Below, piece after piece: positions 28,792-39,206 of a DNA stretch of 64,000 bases. Below the pieces are notes generated by a model. It ran no database searches and was not told where the DNA came from. It saw only the letters and a program-made list of their open reading frames with translations. The DNA is from an archaeon (lineage in GTDB: Archaea; Nanobdellota; Nanobdellia; Woesearchaeales; UBA9642), in assembly GCA_020057295.1 (NCBI GenBank), contig JAGVGF010000006.1:128001-192000 (forward strand). The letters are read 5' to 3'. A program made the position numbers and the translations under genes. How positions within the stretch are numbered: the stretch's first letter is position 1; each line of letters opens with the position of its first letter.

Positions 28792-29871
28792 GTGTGTATG
28801 AAGTCTACAGTTAAATCTTTTAGTGTGGAATATTTTCAAGTTCTAGATTCTGAAGGTAATGTAGATAATTCTTTAATGCCGAATATTCCTGAATCTAAGA
28901 TTAAAGAGATATATCATTTGATGGTCCTTGTTAGAACTTTTGATGAAAAATTATTCAAATTACAACGTTCAGGTAAAATTGGAACTTATGCTGAAGTGCG
29001 AGGAGAAGAAGCTTCTGAAGTTGGTTCTGCAATGGCTCTTGAGAAAGAAGATTGGATGTGTCCAAGTTTTAGGGAAACAGGAGTTTTTATCACAAGAGGT
29101 GCTCCTAGAGATAAAATTGTTCAAGCATGGCGTGGAGACGTAAGAGCATTTAAGGGAGATAAAAAAAATTTACCAGTTGCTATTCCAGTTGGTTCTCAAA
29201 CATTATACGCTACAGGAATTGCGTGGGCTTCAAAACTAAAAAATGAGAAAGATATTACGATAGTATATTTTGGAGATGGTGCAACATCTGAAGGAGATTT
29301 CTATGAAGCAATGAATTTTGCTGGCGAATTTAAGTTACCAATAATATTTTTCTGTCAAAATAATCAATGGGCAATTAGTACTCCAAGAAAGAGTCAATCT
29401 GCATCAGAAACTATTGCCCAAAAGGGAATAGCAAGTGGAGTATACAGTGTGCAAGTTGATGGTAATGATGCAGTAGGAGTTTACAAGATTACAAAGGAAG
29501 CAGTTGATAGAGCTAGGAATGGTGAAGGTCCTACATTAATAGAATCTATAACTTATAGAATGGGTGATCATACAACTAGCGATGACTCTTCAAGATATAG
29601 GACTGAAGAAGAAGTGAAATACTGGTTGGCAAGAGATCCATTATTAAGATTAGAAAAGTATTTCAGAAACATCAACACATGGAATGATGAGTATGGAAGA
29701 TGGGTTAAGGAAACTTGCGAAAAAGAAGTTGATGAAGCTATCGCTAAAGCTTTAGCAATTGAAAAACCAGGTCCAGATGAATTATTCGATTACGTTTATG
29801 CAGTTATGCCAAAAGAATTACAGGAACAGAAAAAAGAATTAGAAGAAGAAGTAAAACAGAGAGGATTATAG
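28792..29871 (+). CDS. pdhA: Pyruvate/2-oxoacid dehydrogenase E1 alpha
   Basis: TPP motif GDGATSEG...NNQWAIS, YRMGDHTTSDD. Confidence 0.94.
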   Translation: MCMKSTVKSFSVEYFQVLDSEGNVDNSLMPNIPESKIKEIYHLMVLVRTFDEKLFKLQRSGKIGTYAEVRGEEASEVGSAMALEKEDWMCPSFRETGVFITRGAPRDKIVQAWRGDVRAFKGDKKNLPVAIPVGSQTLYATGIAWASKLKNEKDITIVYFGDGATSEGDFYEAMNFAGEFKLPIIFFCQNNQWAISTPRKSQSASETIAQKGIASGVYSVQVDGNDAVGVYKITKEAVDRARNGEGPTLIESITYRMGDHTTSDDSSRYRTEEEVKYWLARDPLLRLEKYFRNINTWNDEYGRWVKETCEKEVDEAIAKALAIEKPGPDELFDYVYAVMPKELQEQKKELEEEVKQRGL

Positions 29872-29875
29872 ACGC

Positions 29876-30850
29876 ATGGCAAAAATAAATATGGTTCAAG
29901 CCATTAACCAAGCATTGAAACAAGAGATGGAAAAAGACAAGAGAGTTCTTGTTATGGGTGAAGATGTTGGTGTAGATGGTGGAGTGTTTAGAGTTACAGA
30001 TGGTCTAATTCAACAATTTGGTAAGGATAGAGTTATTGATACACCACTTGCTGAAGCTGGAATTATTGGTACGGCACTTGGAATGGCAATTAATGGATTA
30101 AAACCTGTTGTAGAAATGCAATTCATAGGATTCTCGTATGAAGGATTCCATCATATTAATCATCACATGGCAAGATTCAGACAACGAAGCGAAGGAACAG
30201 TTAATGCATCAATAGTTCTAAGAGGTCCAACTGGTGGCGGAATCAAAGCTTTAGAATTACATAGTGAAAGTCCTGAAACATTTTTTGCACATTGTCAAGG
30301 ATTAAAAGTTGTTATACCAAGCAATCCTTATGATGCTAAAGGTTTAATGATTAGTTCGATAAGAGATCCTGATCCTGTCGTATTTTTGGAACCAGAAAAA
30401 TTATATCGTGCGTTTAAAGATGAAGTTCCAGAAGAATCATACACCGTACCACTTGGTGAAGCGAAGGTTGCAAGACAAGGTAAAGATATAACAATAGTCA
30501 CATGGGGTGCAATGGTAAGATTATGTTTAGATGTTGCTGAACAATTAAAAGGTAAAATTGATGTAGAGGTTATTGATTTGAGAACAATTTGGCCTCTTGA
30601 TGAAAATGCTATTTTAGAATCAGTAAAGAAGACAGGAAGAGCTGTTGTTGTTCATGAAGCTCCTAAAACTTCAGGTTTTGGTGGAGAGGTTGCTGCAAGA
30701 ATTCAAGAAAAGGCAATATTATACTTGAACAGTCCTATAGTTAGGGTTACAGGTTTTGATGTCCCATATCCACAATTTGCACTTGAAGAATATTACATGC
30801 CTAATGCAGAACGAATTATTAAAGGCATAAATTCTGTAATGAACTTCTAA
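29876..30850 (+). CDS. pdhB: Pyruvate/2-oxoacid dehydrogenase E1 beta
   Basis: GEDVG, DTPLAE, ELHSES, EVIDLRT. Confidence 0.94.
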   Translation: MAKINMVQAINQALKQEMEKDKRVLVMGEDVGVDGGVFRVTDGLIQQFGKDRVIDTPLAEAGIIGTALGMAINGLKPVVEMQFIGFSYEGFHHINHHMARFRQRSEGTVNASIVLRGPTGGGIKALELHSESPETFFAHCQGLKVVIPSNPYDAKGLMISSIRDPDPVVFLEPEKLYRAFKDEVPEESYTVPLGEAKVARQGKDITIVTWGAMVRLCLDVAEQLKGKIDVEVIDLRTIWPLDENAILESVKKTGRAVVVHEAPKTSGFGGEVAARIQEKAILYLNSPIVRVTGFDVPYPQFALEEYYMPNAERIIKGINSVMNF

Positions 30851-30893
30851 TATTAAAAAAACATACAAAAGTATAAGCAGAAAAATTAGGTGA

Positions 30894-32444
30894 ATGATGG
30901 ATTTTAAATTTCCAGATGTTGGAGAGGGAATAACTGAAGGCAAGTTAGTAAAATGGCATGTCAAGGAAGGAGATTCTATAAAGTCAGAACAAACTGTTGC
31001 AAGCATAGAAACAGATAAAGCTGTTGTTGATATTCCATCACCAACAAGCGGTGTTGTAGAAAAATTATTCTTTAAATCAGGGGATGTTGTTGAAGTTGGA
31101 AAAGTATTGATGAGCATAAATAATGGTGGAGCGCCAACACCAGTTAGCAATTCAGTAAAACAAGAACCTGTAAGAAATGTAGTTATTGAAAAAAAGATTG
31201 AACCTGTTTCTAATCCAGTGATCGTACAAACACAATCATACATTCCACAAAATAATTATCCAAACACAAATAATGTTTCGAACAATAATCCTAATTCAGG
31301 AACAATTTTAGCAATGCCACAAATTCGAAAATTTGCGCATGAAAAAAATATTGATTTATCAAACATTCATGGTTCTGGAGCACATGGACAGATTCTATTA
31401 AACGATATTGGAAATACAACAGGAACAGTTCAAGCAATCCAGAGACAAACTACAACATTCTCGCAAACTGTTCAAACGTCAAGACCTATTATCACATCAA
31501 CTGCTAACGGACCTATTCAAAGTTTTAATGAAGTTCTAGCTACACCATCAACAAGGATGCTTGCTAGAAAAATGGGAATTGATCTAACAAAAATTAAAGG
31601 TAGTGGCGATAATGGAATGATAATAAAAGGAGATTTGACAAGATCAAACTCTTCACAAGAAAATGTTGTAACATCAATATTGCCAGTCAACGTTGCTACT
31701 AGAATATCTGCACCGATTAATTTCACAAATACGCAAACTACTCCTATCGAAATTGTTCCTATGAGCACGATTCGTCAAATTATTTCTAAAAGAATGTTCG
31801 ATTCAATTCAAAGTACAGCGCAATATACTGTTATGGATGAAGTTGATGTTACAGAACTTGTTAAGGCTAGAGAAAAATATAAGGAAGCTTATGAGAAACA
31901 AGGCATTAAATTAACTTATCTTGCTTTTATTACTAAAGCAGTTGTTCTAGCATTACAAAAACATCCATATGTCAATGCGACTATGGATGAAGCAAATAAA
32001 CAATTACTAATCAAACATTACTACAATATCGGCATAGCTACTGATACGCCTGATGGTTTGAAAGTTCCCGTAGTTAAGAGTTCTGAGCATAAAAATATTT
32101 TACAGATAGCTATAGAAATTGCTGACTTAGCATCAAGAGCTAAGAATAAAACTATCAAGTTAGATGAAATGAATGATGGAACATTCACAATCTCAAGTTT
32201 AGGTAATAGTTTTGGTCAAGGTTTTACTCCAATCATAAATTATCCTGAAGTAGCCATAATGGGTGTCGGCAGAATAATTGAAAAACCAGTAATATTTAAT
32301 GGACAAATTGTTCCAAGAAAGATTATAACATTATCACTTACGGCAGATCATAGACTCGTTGATGGTGCTGAAGCATCAAGATTCATGAATGACGTTAAAA
32401 ATTATCTTGAAGATTTAAACGCATTGTTATTGGAGTTGAGCTGA
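30894..32444 (+). CDS. pdhC: Dihydrolipoamide acyltransferase E2
   Basis: Lipoyl ETDKA, two peripheral-subunit-binding repeats, catalytic DHRLVDG. Confidence 0.95.
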   Translation: MMDFKFPDVGEGITEGKLVKWHVKEGDSIKSEQTVASIETDKAVVDIPSPTSGVVEKLFFKSGDVVEVGKVLMSINNGGAPTPVSNSVKQEPVRNVVIEKKIEPVSNPVIVQTQSYIPQNNYPNTNNVSNNNPNSGTILAMPQIRKFAHEKNIDLSNIHGSGAHGQILLNDIGNTTGTVQAIQRQTTTFSQTVQTSRPIITSTANGPIQSFNEVLATPSTRMLARKMGIDLTKIKGSGDNGMIIKGDLTRSNSSQENVVTSILPVNVATRISAPINFTNTQTTPIEIVPMSTIRQIISKRMFDSIQSTAQYTVMDEVDVTELVKAREKYKEAYEKQGIKLTYLAFITKAVVLALQKHPYVNATMDEANKQLLIKHYYNIGIATDTPDGLKVPVVKSSEHKNILQIAIEIADLASRAKNKTIKLDEMNDGTFTISSLGNSFGQGFTPIINYPEVAIMGVGRIIEKPVIFNGQIVPRKIITLSLTADHRLVDGAEASRFMNDVKNYLEDLNALLLELS

Positions 32445-33874
32445 TGGTTGTCGGTTCTTTAGATATTCAAACTGATGTTCTAATTATTGGTGCAGGTCCA
32501 GGAGGGTATGTTGCAGCAATACGTGCCGCACAGCTTGGGAAGGAAGTAATGGTTGTTGAAGATAGTTCTAAACTTGGCGGAGTTTGTTTGAATACTGGAT
32601 GTATTCCAACTAAGGCAGTCATTCATGCTTCTAATTTTCATCAGACAATTAAAGATATGGCTTGGGCAGGAATAACTGTTAAGGATTATACAGTAGACTT
32701 GTCAAAAATGCATGCGTGGAAACAAGAAATTGTAGATAAGCTGGGAAATGGTATTAAAAGTTTGTTTAAGAATTATGGGATAGAAGTTGTTCCTGGAAGG
32801 GCTGTGTTTAAGAATGATCATGAAGTGCATATTGAAGGAAAAACCGATATTACAAGTATAAAATTTAAGAATTGTATTATCGCAACCGGTTCATCAATCA
32901 TTGAAATTCAAGGGTTTAGGTTTGATGGAAAATATATTATTGGAAGTGATGAAGCTTTAGAATTACGCGATATTCCGAAAAAGATGATAATTATTGGTGG
33001 AGGTTATATTGGTACAGAAATGGGCACAGTTTATGCTAAACTTGGAACGGAAGTAAGCATAGTAGAATTCACCGACAGGTTGATTTCAGTATTAGAACCT
33101 GATGTTGTTGATGTTGTATCAAGAAAACTTGACGAGTTCAATGTTAAAAAATATTTGAAAAGTAAAGCTTTAAACTGTGAAATTCGCGATAATAAAGTTT
33201 ATGTTAAGATAGAACATGATGGAAAGGAAGAAATATTAGATGCGGATAAAGTTTTGGTTGTTGTTGGTAGAAAACCTAATAGTAATAATATCGGTTTAGA
33301 AAATACTGGAATTAAAATTGATTCTAAAGGTTTTATTAGTGTAGATAAGCAAATGCGTACATCGGTTTCGCACATTTTTGCTATTGGTGATGTTGTTGGT
33401 CAGCCTATGCTTGCACATAAAGCAAGTCGTGAAGCTAAAGTTGCTGCTGAAGTAATTTCTGGATTGCCATCTGCATTTGATAATAAAGTAATTCCATTCG
33501 TTGTATTTAATGATCCTGAGATTGCATCAGTTGGATTGAGAGAAGATGAAGCAAAAGCTAAAGGTATAAAATACATTGTTGGAAAGTTTCCTTTTAGCGC
33601 AAGTGGTAGAGCAATGACTCTAAATCAGACTGAAGGATTTGTAAAATATATTGCTGAAGAAAGTACGGGAATAATTCTCGGGGTACATGCTGTTGGTCCA
33701 AGTGCTTCAGACATAATTAGTGAAGCAACACTCGGCATTGAAATGGGTGCGACACTTGAAGATATCGCATTAACAATTCATCCGCATCCAACACTTCCAG
33801 AAACAATGATGGAAGCAGCAGAAGTAACATTAGGACAAGGGATACACATTTTTAATCCTAAATTTAAGAAATAA
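32444..33874 (+). CDS. lpdA: Dihydrolipoamide dehydrogenase E3
   Basis: GAGPGG, GGVCLNTGCIPTK, HPHPTLPE. Confidence 0.97.
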   Translation: MVVGSLDIQTDVLIIGAGPGGYVAAIRAAQLGKEVMVVEDSSKLGGVCLNTGCIPTKAVIHASNFHQTIKDMAWAGITVKDYTVDLSKMHAWKQEIVDKLGNGIKSLFKNYGIEVVPGRAVFKNDHEVHIEGKTDITSIKFKNCIIATGSSIIEIQGFRFDGKYIIGSDEALELRDIPKKMIIIGGGYIGTEMGTVYAKLGTEVSIVEFTDRLISVLEPDVVDVVSRKLDEFNVKKYLKSKALNCEIRDNKVYVKIEHDGKEEILDADKVLVVVGRKPNSNNIGLENTGIKIDSKGFISVDKQMRTSVSHIFAIGDVVGQPMLAHKASREAKVAAEVISGLPSAFDNKVIPFVVFNDPEIASVGLREDEAKAKGIKYIVGKFPFSASGRAMTLNQTEGFVKYIAEESTGIILGVHAVGPSASDIISEATLGIEMGATLEDIALTIHPHPTLPETMMEAAEVTLGQGIHIFNPKFKK

Positions 33875-33999
33875 TATTATACTTTTATACAAAATATTCT
33901 AGACACGAATTTTCCCATTTTCCGAAATCTATTTAAAGACAGTATATTTAGTATACTTGTACTCTTTTTAGAGTAAATGATGGTTTAGGAGGGATTTTA

Positions 34000-34404
34000 A
34001 TGAAACACGAAGGCATGTTTGGAAAATGTAAAATATTTACGGAAGGATACGCATACTTTTTTTTTAGATTAGTGATAGGTTTATTGTTCATACTACACGG
34101 ATCTGCTAAGTTTGGATCAGGAATTCCAGGCAATTGGATGATGCTGGTTGCTGGATTAATTGAAGTTGTAGGAGGATTATTCTTAGTACTTGGATTATGG
34201 ACTAGATTAGCAGCTATAATCTCTGCATTAGAGATGTTGTACGCATTCGTTGTTGTACATGCAATTGGAAAAGGAACAATTAATCCTTTAGCAAATGGCG
34301 GCGAAGCAGCACTGTTGTTCTTACTAGCATTCCTTGTACTTGTAACGTATGGTGCAGGAATTTGGGCTTTAGAAAGATCATGGAGCAAAAACGAGTGCTT
34401 CTAA
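34000..34404 (+). CDS. DoxX-family membrane protein
   Basis: RLVIGLLFILHGSAKF, EVVGG, GLWTRLAA, GAGIWAL. Confidence 0.88.
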   Translation: MKHEGMFGKCKIFTEGYAYFFFRLVIGLLFILHGSAKFGSGIPGNWMMLVAGLIEVVGGLFLVLGLWTRLAAIISALEMLYAFVVVHAIGKGTINPLANGGEAALLFLLAFLVLVTYGAGIWALERSWSKNECF

Positions 34405-34493
34405 GCACTTTATTTTAATTTTTTTATTTATTTTATCTTTCACAATTTTTTTAAACAGATGTTTATTCTTCGATTGTGTGTTGAGGTGAATTT

Positions 34494-35141
34494 TTGAGTA
34501 ATAGAACATTAGTAATTTATGCACATCCTGATCATGAATCTCATGCTAAATATACGCTTGAACTTGTTGAACAGGAATTAAAAAGAAAAAATTCTAACTA
34601 TGAAGTTTTAGATTTATACAAAATAGGTTATAACCCTGTAGTATCTGAAAAGGAACTTTATGGTTCAAAAGAAGAACGTCTTGATGAACAGACTCAACTG
34701 TTTCAAAAAAAAGTTTCTGATAGCAAATTGTTAATATTTATCTATCCCGTATGGTGGAACACTATGCCAGCTATATTAAAAGGATTTATTGATCGTGTTT
34801 TCTCAGCTGGTTTTGCATTCAAATATGAACCAGTCATTCCTGCCGGAATAAAAGGATTTGTTGATAAATTTTTAAGATTATTTAAGTACAGATTCAATTA
34901 CGGCATGCCTGTAGGATTATTAAAAGGTAAAAGGGCAATAATACTTACAAGTACTGGAGGTCCTAAGATTTTATCATATCCGTTCACCGGAATGAGATTT
35001 AAGAAAATAATACAGAAAGATATGTTAGGATTTTTTGGCATAAAATCAAGATTGTATTATGTAAGTGGCGCGTATAAGCTTGATGATTATCAGAAAGAAA
35101 AAGTAAAGAAGAATATAAGGAGAGCATCAAAACATTTCTAA
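34494..35141 (+). CDS. Flavodoxin-fold NAD(P)H:quinone oxidoreductase (MdaB/KefF-like)
   Basis: IYAHP, YPVWWNTMPAILKGFIDRVF. Confidence 0.9.
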   Translation: MSNRTLVIYAHPDHESHAKYTLELVEQELKRKNSNYEVLDLYKIGYNPVVSEKELYGSKEERLDEQTQLFQKKVSDSKLLIFIYPVWWNTMPAILKGFIDRVFSAGFAFKYEPVIPAGIKGFVDKFLRLFKYRFNYGMPVGLLKGKRAIILTSTGGPKILSYPFTGMRFKKIIQKDMLGFFGIKSRLYYVSGAYKLDDYQKEKVKKNIRRASKHF

Positions 35142-35146
35142 TAAAC

Positions 35147-35680
35147 ATGAAACTAATAATTATCTATGGTCCACCTGCAATCGGAAAATTTACCGTAGCT
35201 AAAGAATTGGCAAAGCTAACAAGCTACAAAGTATTTCACAACCATATAGCATTAGATGCAGTCGAATCTGTTTTTACTTCTGATAAAAAAATATTCTGGA
35301 GTCTTGTTTCTGAATTTAGATTAAGAATTATTGAAGAAGCCGCAAAAGAGAACATACCAGGAGTAATATTCACTTCAGGATATCATGGACAACCTCTGGA
35401 TCCTACTTTAAAAAAGATAATTACAAAGGTTAAAAAACATAAAGGAAAAGTATACTTTGTTCATCTTATAGCAGATAGAAAAGAATTATTCAAGAGAGTA
35501 ACATCTGCCGAGAGAAGGAGATATCTAAAAACTAGAACTGCCTCTGATTTAAAGAGAAGATTAGCAAACTGGGATATGACCAAAGATGTTCCATTCAAAG
35601 AACCTAATCTTACAATCGATAATACCAAACTTTCTGCACGAACAGTTTCTAGAATGATAAAGAAATATTATAAGTTATAA
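35147..35680 (+). CDS. P-loop nucleotide-kinase-like protein
   Basis: IIIYGPPAIGKFTVA Walker A; kinase-fold length. Confidence 0.75.
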   Translation: MKLIIIYGPPAIGKFTVAKELAKLTSYKVFHNHIALDAVESVFTSDKKIFWSLVSEFRLRIIEEAAKENIPGVIFTSGYHGQPLDPTLKKIITKVKKHKGKVYFVHLIADRKELFKRVTSAERRRYLKTRTASDLKRRLANWDMTKDVPFKEPNLTIDNTKLSARTVSRMIKKYYKL

Positions 35681-35696
35681 AAAAATTCTAATTTAT

Positions 35697-36710
35697 TTAT
35701 TGTAAACTTTGTACAACTGTTATTGCTGTTAGTTCTACAACATCTTTAACGCTTGCTCCGCGTGATAGATCGTTTACTGGTTTGTTTAAACCTTGCATTA
35801 TGGGGCCTATAGCATTATATCCGGCCATTCTCTGAACTAACTTGTAACCGATATTTCCGGCGTTCAGATCAGGAAATATTAATACATTAGCCTGTCCTTC
35901 AAGCATAGAATCTGGACACTTCTTCTTGTACACATCTGGAACTATTGCCGCATCAACTTGTATCTCTCCATCTACAGATAATTCAGGATTTTTTTGTTTA
36001 ATAATCTTAGTAGCATTTTGAACTGTATCTACAAGTTCATGTTTTGCACTTCCTCTTGTGGAAAATGATAACATTGCAATTTTTGGCTTTATTCCAAAAT
36101 TTATCACTGTTTCTGCACTTGTTAATGCAATACTTGCTAACTCTTCAGATGTCGGATCAATAGTTAAGGCTATGTCTGCAAAAAAATATACTTTTTGTCC
36201 TTTTTCCATAATCATTAATCCACTTGCTCTCTTAACATTCTCTTTAGTCTTTATTATCTGAAATGCCGGGAGATATGGTTTTGTTGAAGAATTTATTCCT
36301 GATATCATCCCATCAACAGTACCCTTATGTACTAGCATTCCTGCATAGAAATGCGACTGTCTCATTAATTTGCCTGATTCTTCTAAAGTTATTGCCTTGC
36401 CATCATGTATTCTCATTTCACGGAATTCTTTTGTAAATAGTTCTAATTCCGCTTTGCGAGTTTCATCTAATGGATCTATAATATTTTGTTCAGTAATATT
36501 TTTTATCCCTTCAGAATTTAATATTGCACGTATATCGTCCTTGTTTCCTATAATTATTGGTGTAGCAATTCCCTTTTTTAATATAATAGAACATGCCCTA
36601 ATAATTGTTTTGTCAACTTCTGGAAATACTATTGTCTTCTTTGATTTATTATTTGCAGCTATAGCCTTTATAGTTACTTGTTCAATAAATGTTTTCTTAA
36701 ACCACAACAT
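35697..36710 (-). CDS. pta: Phosphate acetyltransferase
   Basis: IVFPE, AMLSFST, DGEIQVDAA, FPDLNAGNIGYK, PVNDLSRG. Confidence 0.95.
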   Translation of the reverse strand: MLWFKKTFIEQVTIKAIAANNKSKKTIVFPEVDKTIIRACSIILKKGIATPIIIGNKDDIRAILNSEGIKNITEQNIIDPLDETRKAELELFTKEFREMRIHDGKAITLEESGKLMRQSHFYAGMLVHKGTVDGMISGINSSTKPYLPAFQIIKTKENVKRASGLMIMEKGQKVYFFADIALTIDPTSEELASIALTSAETVINFGIKPKIAMLSFSTRGSAKHELVDTVQNATKIIKQKNPELSVDGEIQVDAAIVPDVYKKKCPDSMLEGQANVLIFPDLNAGNIGYKLVQRMAGYNAIGPIMQGLNKPVNDLSRGASVKDVVELTAITVVQSLQ

Positions 36711-36749
36711 AAACTCACCCTATTTTTTAATTTTATATAGACTATTTGA

Positions 36750-37331
36750 CTACTTCTTTTTTCTAGATTTGGATTTAGATAATATCTTTTTTGAATTTTC
36801 CTTACTTCCTATCTTTTTATATCCTATCCACATTATAATCAATAATTCTGCTAGTACAACTAATGCTCTTAAGACTTTACTCATGTCACTAAAATATCTT
36901 ATGGTTGCATAAAACATCGTTATTAATCCTGCAAACATCAATCCTGCTCCAAGATAATCAATCATCAAATATATTCCTAGAATTACTATTATTAATCCTA
37001 CAGGTAATAATATGAAAAATATGTTTCGATTATATTCTTGTTGTGCATCATTAAATTGTTTGTTGCAGAAATCGCACGTGTCATACACTTGACATCCTTT
37101 CTCTGTATAATTGTATACCGGCATTCCACCATCTCTACTACATTGGTTTTCTGCTGGAACAGGTTGATATGTACAATTCTGATCAACCTTTGCAGGATAT
37201 GGTCTATAATTATTGTATCCGCAATATTTGTCGTATGTCGGTTCTTGATATACAGCATCAACAAATAATCCTAAGAATAATGGCAAGAGAACCGTTATCC
37301 CAATAACCATTGCAACTCTTTTAGCATCCAT
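36750..37331 (-). CDS. Membrane protein with a Cys-containing extracellular loop
   Basis: N-terminal TM, loop with six Cys, three C-terminal TMs. Confidence 0.7.
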   Translation of the reverse strand: MDAKRVAMVIGITVLLPLFLGLFVDAVYQEPTYDKYCGYNNYRPYPAKVDQNCTYQPVPAENQCSRDGGMPVYNYTEKGCQVYDTCDFCNKQFNDAQQEYNRNIFFILLPVGLIIVILGIYLMIDYLGAGLMFAGLITMFYATIRYFSDMSKVLRALVVLAELLIIMWIGYKKIGSKENSKKILSKSKSRKKK

Positions 37332-37435
37332 AAAAACACCTCAAATTAACATAAAGTTGAATATGAGGTTATACTTGTTTTGGTATTTATAATTTTTGTG
37401 AATAAATTTTTAAACAGTCTTTCGTTCTATATATC

Positions 37436-39193
37436 ATGTCACGTATAGCTGTAATCGATAAGCATAAATGTCATCCGGACAGGTGCGGGAATTATCTTTG
37501 CATTAGAGTGTGCCCTGTCAATAGAATGGGTGAAGAATGTATTACACAAAATGCAGGCAAGGCACAGATAGATGAAAAACTCTGTACGGGATGTGGTATC
37601 TGTCCAAAAAAATGTCCTTTTGGAGCAATTACGATAATTAATTTACCAGAAGAACTTGATAGAGAACCAATAAATAGGTACGGAATTAACGGTTTCGCAT
37701 TATATAATCTTCCTACACCAATATTTGGGAAAGTTGTTGGAGTAATTGGAAGAAACGGGATTGGTAAAAGTACTGCATTAAAGATTCTGTCTAAACAGAT
37801 TATGCCAAATCTTGGAAGAATAGATAAAACTCCAGAGAGTGTTACAATTAGGGATGTCATAGATTATTTCAAGGGTACAGAGGCACAAGCATATTTTGAA
37901 AAGTTAAGAGATGGAAAGATAAAGATATCATATAAACCTCAACAAGTTGATCAAATACCAAAACAGTATCAAGGAATGGTTTATGATCTATTAAAAAAAG
38001 TTGATGAGAAAGGAAAAATTGATGAAATTATTGAAATGCTTGAATTGAAAAATATTTTACAGAGTAACGTTACCGAATTATCAGGTGGAGAATTACAACG
38101 TGTTGCAATTGCTGCGACAGTCTTAAAAGATGCTAATGTTTATTTCTTTGATGAGCCAACATCATATTTAGATATAAAACAGAGAATGAAAGTTGCAAAA
38201 TTCATTAAAGGACTTGCAAATGAAAATACTGCTGTAATGGTTATCGAACACGATTTAATTATTTTAGATTATATGACTGATATGATTCATTTAATGTATG
38301 GTCATGAAGGTGTTTACGGTGTTGTCTCAGGAGTAAAGACTACAAAGAACGGTATTAATGTATATTTATCAGGATTCTTAAAAGAGGAAAATGTTAGATT
38401 TAGAGATCATGCTATAAAATTCAATCCTTCAGCTGTAAGTGTTGAAAAGAAAGATTTATTGCTTACAGAATGGAATGCTTTAGAACATCAACAAGGAAGA
38501 TTTAATTTAAAGGTTGATAATGGAAAAATATATCGTGGAGATGTAATGGGTGTGTTAGGACAGAACGGTATTGGAAAGACCACATTCGTAAAAATTTTAG
38601 CAGGAGTAATAAAAACTAAAGAAGATAATCAGTTGAAATTAACAGTATCATATAAACCACAATATTTGGAGCCTAGCGATGAACTTGTAATGTCTGCATT
38701 GCATAGAGCGATACAAAGATATGAAATACAAATAATCAGGCCATTAAATCTTAAAGAGTTATACACGAGAAAATTAAATGAATTATCTGGTGGAGAATTA
38801 CAAAAAGTTGCAATTGCACAAGCATTGTCACAAGATGCGGATATTGTTTTAATGGATGAACCATCAGCATATCTTGATGTAGAGCAGCGTCTTGTTGTTT
38901 CCAAAGTTATCAAGGAAGTAATGTTTACTACAGGAAGAAGTGCAATAATTGTAGATCATGATTTATTATTCATAGATTATCTTTCTGATAAAATATTAGT
39001 ATTTGATGGTGAACCAGCAATTAGCGGAATTGCAAATGCTCCGATGAACATGAGCGATGGAATGAATAAATTCTTATCAGACTTAAATATAACATTTAGA
39101 AGAGATGATGAGAATTATCGTCCAAGAATTAATAAAGAAGAATCTGTAAAAGATAGAGAACAAAAATCTTCTGGAAAATTATATTATCATTAA
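37436..39193 (+). CDS. Ribosome recycling ATPase ABCE1/RLI
   Basis: N-terminal Fe-S cysteines, two ABC domains (GRNGIGKS, GQNGIGKT, LSGGELQ), FRRD...RPRINK. Confidence 0.97.
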   Translation: MSRIAVIDKHKCHPDRCGNYLCIRVCPVNRMGEECITQNAGKAQIDEKLCTGCGICPKKCPFGAITIINLPEELDREPINRYGINGFALYNLPTPIFGKVVGVIGRNGIGKSTALKILSKQIMPNLGRIDKTPESVTIRDVIDYFKGTEAQAYFEKLRDGKIKISYKPQQVDQIPKQYQGMVYDLLKKVDEKGKIDEIIEMLELKNILQSNVTELSGGELQRVAIAATVLKDANVYFFDEPTSYLDIKQRMKVAKFIKGLANENTAVMVIEHDLIILDYMTDMIHLMYGHEGVYGVVSGVKTTKNGINVYLSGFLKEENVRFRDHAIKFNPSAVSVEKKDLLLTEWNALEHQQGRFNLKVDNGKIYRGDVMGVLGQNGIGKTTFVKILAGVIKTKEDNQLKLTVSYKPQYLEPSDELVMSALHRAIQRYEIQIIRPLNLKELYTRKLNELSGGELQKVAIAQALSQDADIVLMDEPSAYLDVEQRLVVSKVIKEVMFTTGRSAIIVDHDLLFIDYLSDKILVFDGEPAISGIANAPMNMSDGMNKFLSDLNITFRRDDENYRPRINKEESVKDREQKSSGKLYYH

Positions 39194-39206
39194 AATGTGA
39201 ATAAAT

